Shown piece by piece: positions 63,449 through 64,000 of a stretch of DNA of 64,000 bases. This DNA comes from Burkholderiaceae bacterium (GTDB lineage: Bacteria; Patescibacteriota; Saccharimonadia; Saccharimonadales; AQU-01). How positions within the stretch are numbered: the stretch's first letter is position 1; each line of letters starts with the position of its first letter. Under the pieces are notes generated by a model. That model was not told where the DNA came from. It did no database searches and saw only the letters and a program-made list of their open reading frames with translations. Where the stretch lies: the NCBI GenBank assembly GCA_043788365.1, contig JAYVTZ010000011.1, positions 31,272-95,271 on the forward strand. Reading direction: 5' to 3'. The position numbers and the translations under genes were made by a program.

Positions 63449-64000
63449 TACTTACTCATCAGTACTTTAAACTCTTTTGGTGTGTCAGCAGTAAAGACTT
63501 TGCGCTCACGACTCGGAAGAGTTATCTCCAGACTTTGGGCGTGAAGATATAATCTATCGGCTTTCTCACCGTCGTACATTGTGTCGCCGACTATTGGCTT
63601 TTTAAGATACAGAAGGTGTACTCTGAGTTGATGAGTCCGCCCGGTTGTGGGTGTAAGCTTGAGTAGACTATGCAATTTACTTATTTGTAAGGTTTCATAC
63701 GCTGTAATCGATGATTTGCCGTTAGCGCCAACTCTAAATGTCTGAGGCTTCTTAGGGTTCCGCTCAATCGGCATGTCGATAATCGCTTCCGTAGGCTCCA
63801 TTAACCCAGGTACGATTGCTAAGTATGTTTTCTTAGTTTTACGTGTCGAGAACTGATTTTGCAACCATTTGAGAGCTTCTGGTGTCTTGGCGCATATCAT
63901 AACGCCGCTAGTTGCTCTATCTAAACGATGAACTATTCCAGTTCTCGAGTGATGCTCTTCTTGCTCACTGACAGGTAGATCAGTTTTAAGCCTAGGCTCT
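63448..64000 (-). CDS. RluA/RluD-family pseudouridine synthase (partial, continues past the right edge)
   Basis: The frame stays open upstream of the track Met. My translation gives ...TGIVHRLDRATSGVMICAK (HRLD-x2-TSG catalytic motif) and RTHQLRVH. Confidence 0.85.
   Translation of the reverse strand, partial: EPRLKTDLPVSEQEEHHSRTGIVHRLDRATSGVMICAKTPEALKWLQNQFSTRKTKKTYLAIVPGLMEPTEAIIDMPIERNPKKPQTFRVGANGKSSITAYETLQISKLHSLLKLTPTTGRTHQLRVHLLYLKKPIVGDTMYDGEKADRLYLHAQSLEITLPSRERKVFTADTPKEFKVLMSK

Noticed and set aside
1-64000. CRISPR arrays, rRNA genes, IS elements/transposases, integrases, reverse transcriptase/DGR
   Set aside because: No regularly spaced direct repeats, no rRNA-like sequence and no ORF with recombinase, transposase or RT motifs were seen in the ORF track or raw sequence.

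Overview
Gene-dense, moderately AT-rich bacterial chromosome segment with many overlapping or tightly coupled genes. The streamlined housekeeping set, many small membrane or hypothetical ORFs and extended ribosomal proteins suggest a small-genome Patescibacteria/CPR (Saccharibacteria-like) organism; this is inference only. Left to right: (1) a two-component system and two small paralogous ORFs. (2) A respiratory block: long-chain polyprenyl-PP synthase, then cyoABCD-cyoE (bo3-type quinol oxidase plus heme O synthase), with CyoD fused to an extracytoplasmic beta-rich domain. (3) A divergently transcribed, translationally coupled four-gene module: FNR-like dehydrogenase, ApbE flavin transferase, ferric-reductase/MsrQ-like heme membrane protein and a CPAE-motif exoprotein. 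(4) An accessory stretch (13.4-19.6 kb) with a Nudix-YfbR(HD) fusion, two type II TA pairs (RHH/RelE, AbrB/Doc) and a stand-alone C39-like peptidase, ending at tRNA-Gln. (5) Cell-wall enzymes (S11 DD-carboxypeptidase, CapA, VanY/M15), two GT4s, an AI-2E permease, cysS, PIG-L and nrnA. (6) Replication and recombination genes recR-ybaB...dnaB-dnaX, and later holB. (7) The secE-nusG-rplK-rplA...rplJ-rplL cluster, with extra small ORFs between the conserved genes and about 6.4 kb inserted between rplA and rplJ. That insert carries a dTTP-synthesis module: dNMP-kinase-like protein, DHFR, dCTP deaminase and a Tmk-ThyX fusion. (8) tRNA-Trp followed by a diverged tandem copy of its 3' end plus terminator. 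(9) An ASST-family protein and a GT4-GH57-GH15 alpha-glucan cluster. (10) rpmG and a tRNA-Thr/Thr/Tyr cluster, followed by decayed genes (truncated rdgB, a frameshifted exoprotein). No rRNA, CRISPR array, integrase, transposase or reverse transcriptase was recognised. All calls rest on reading the translations and the DNA by eye; no searches were run.
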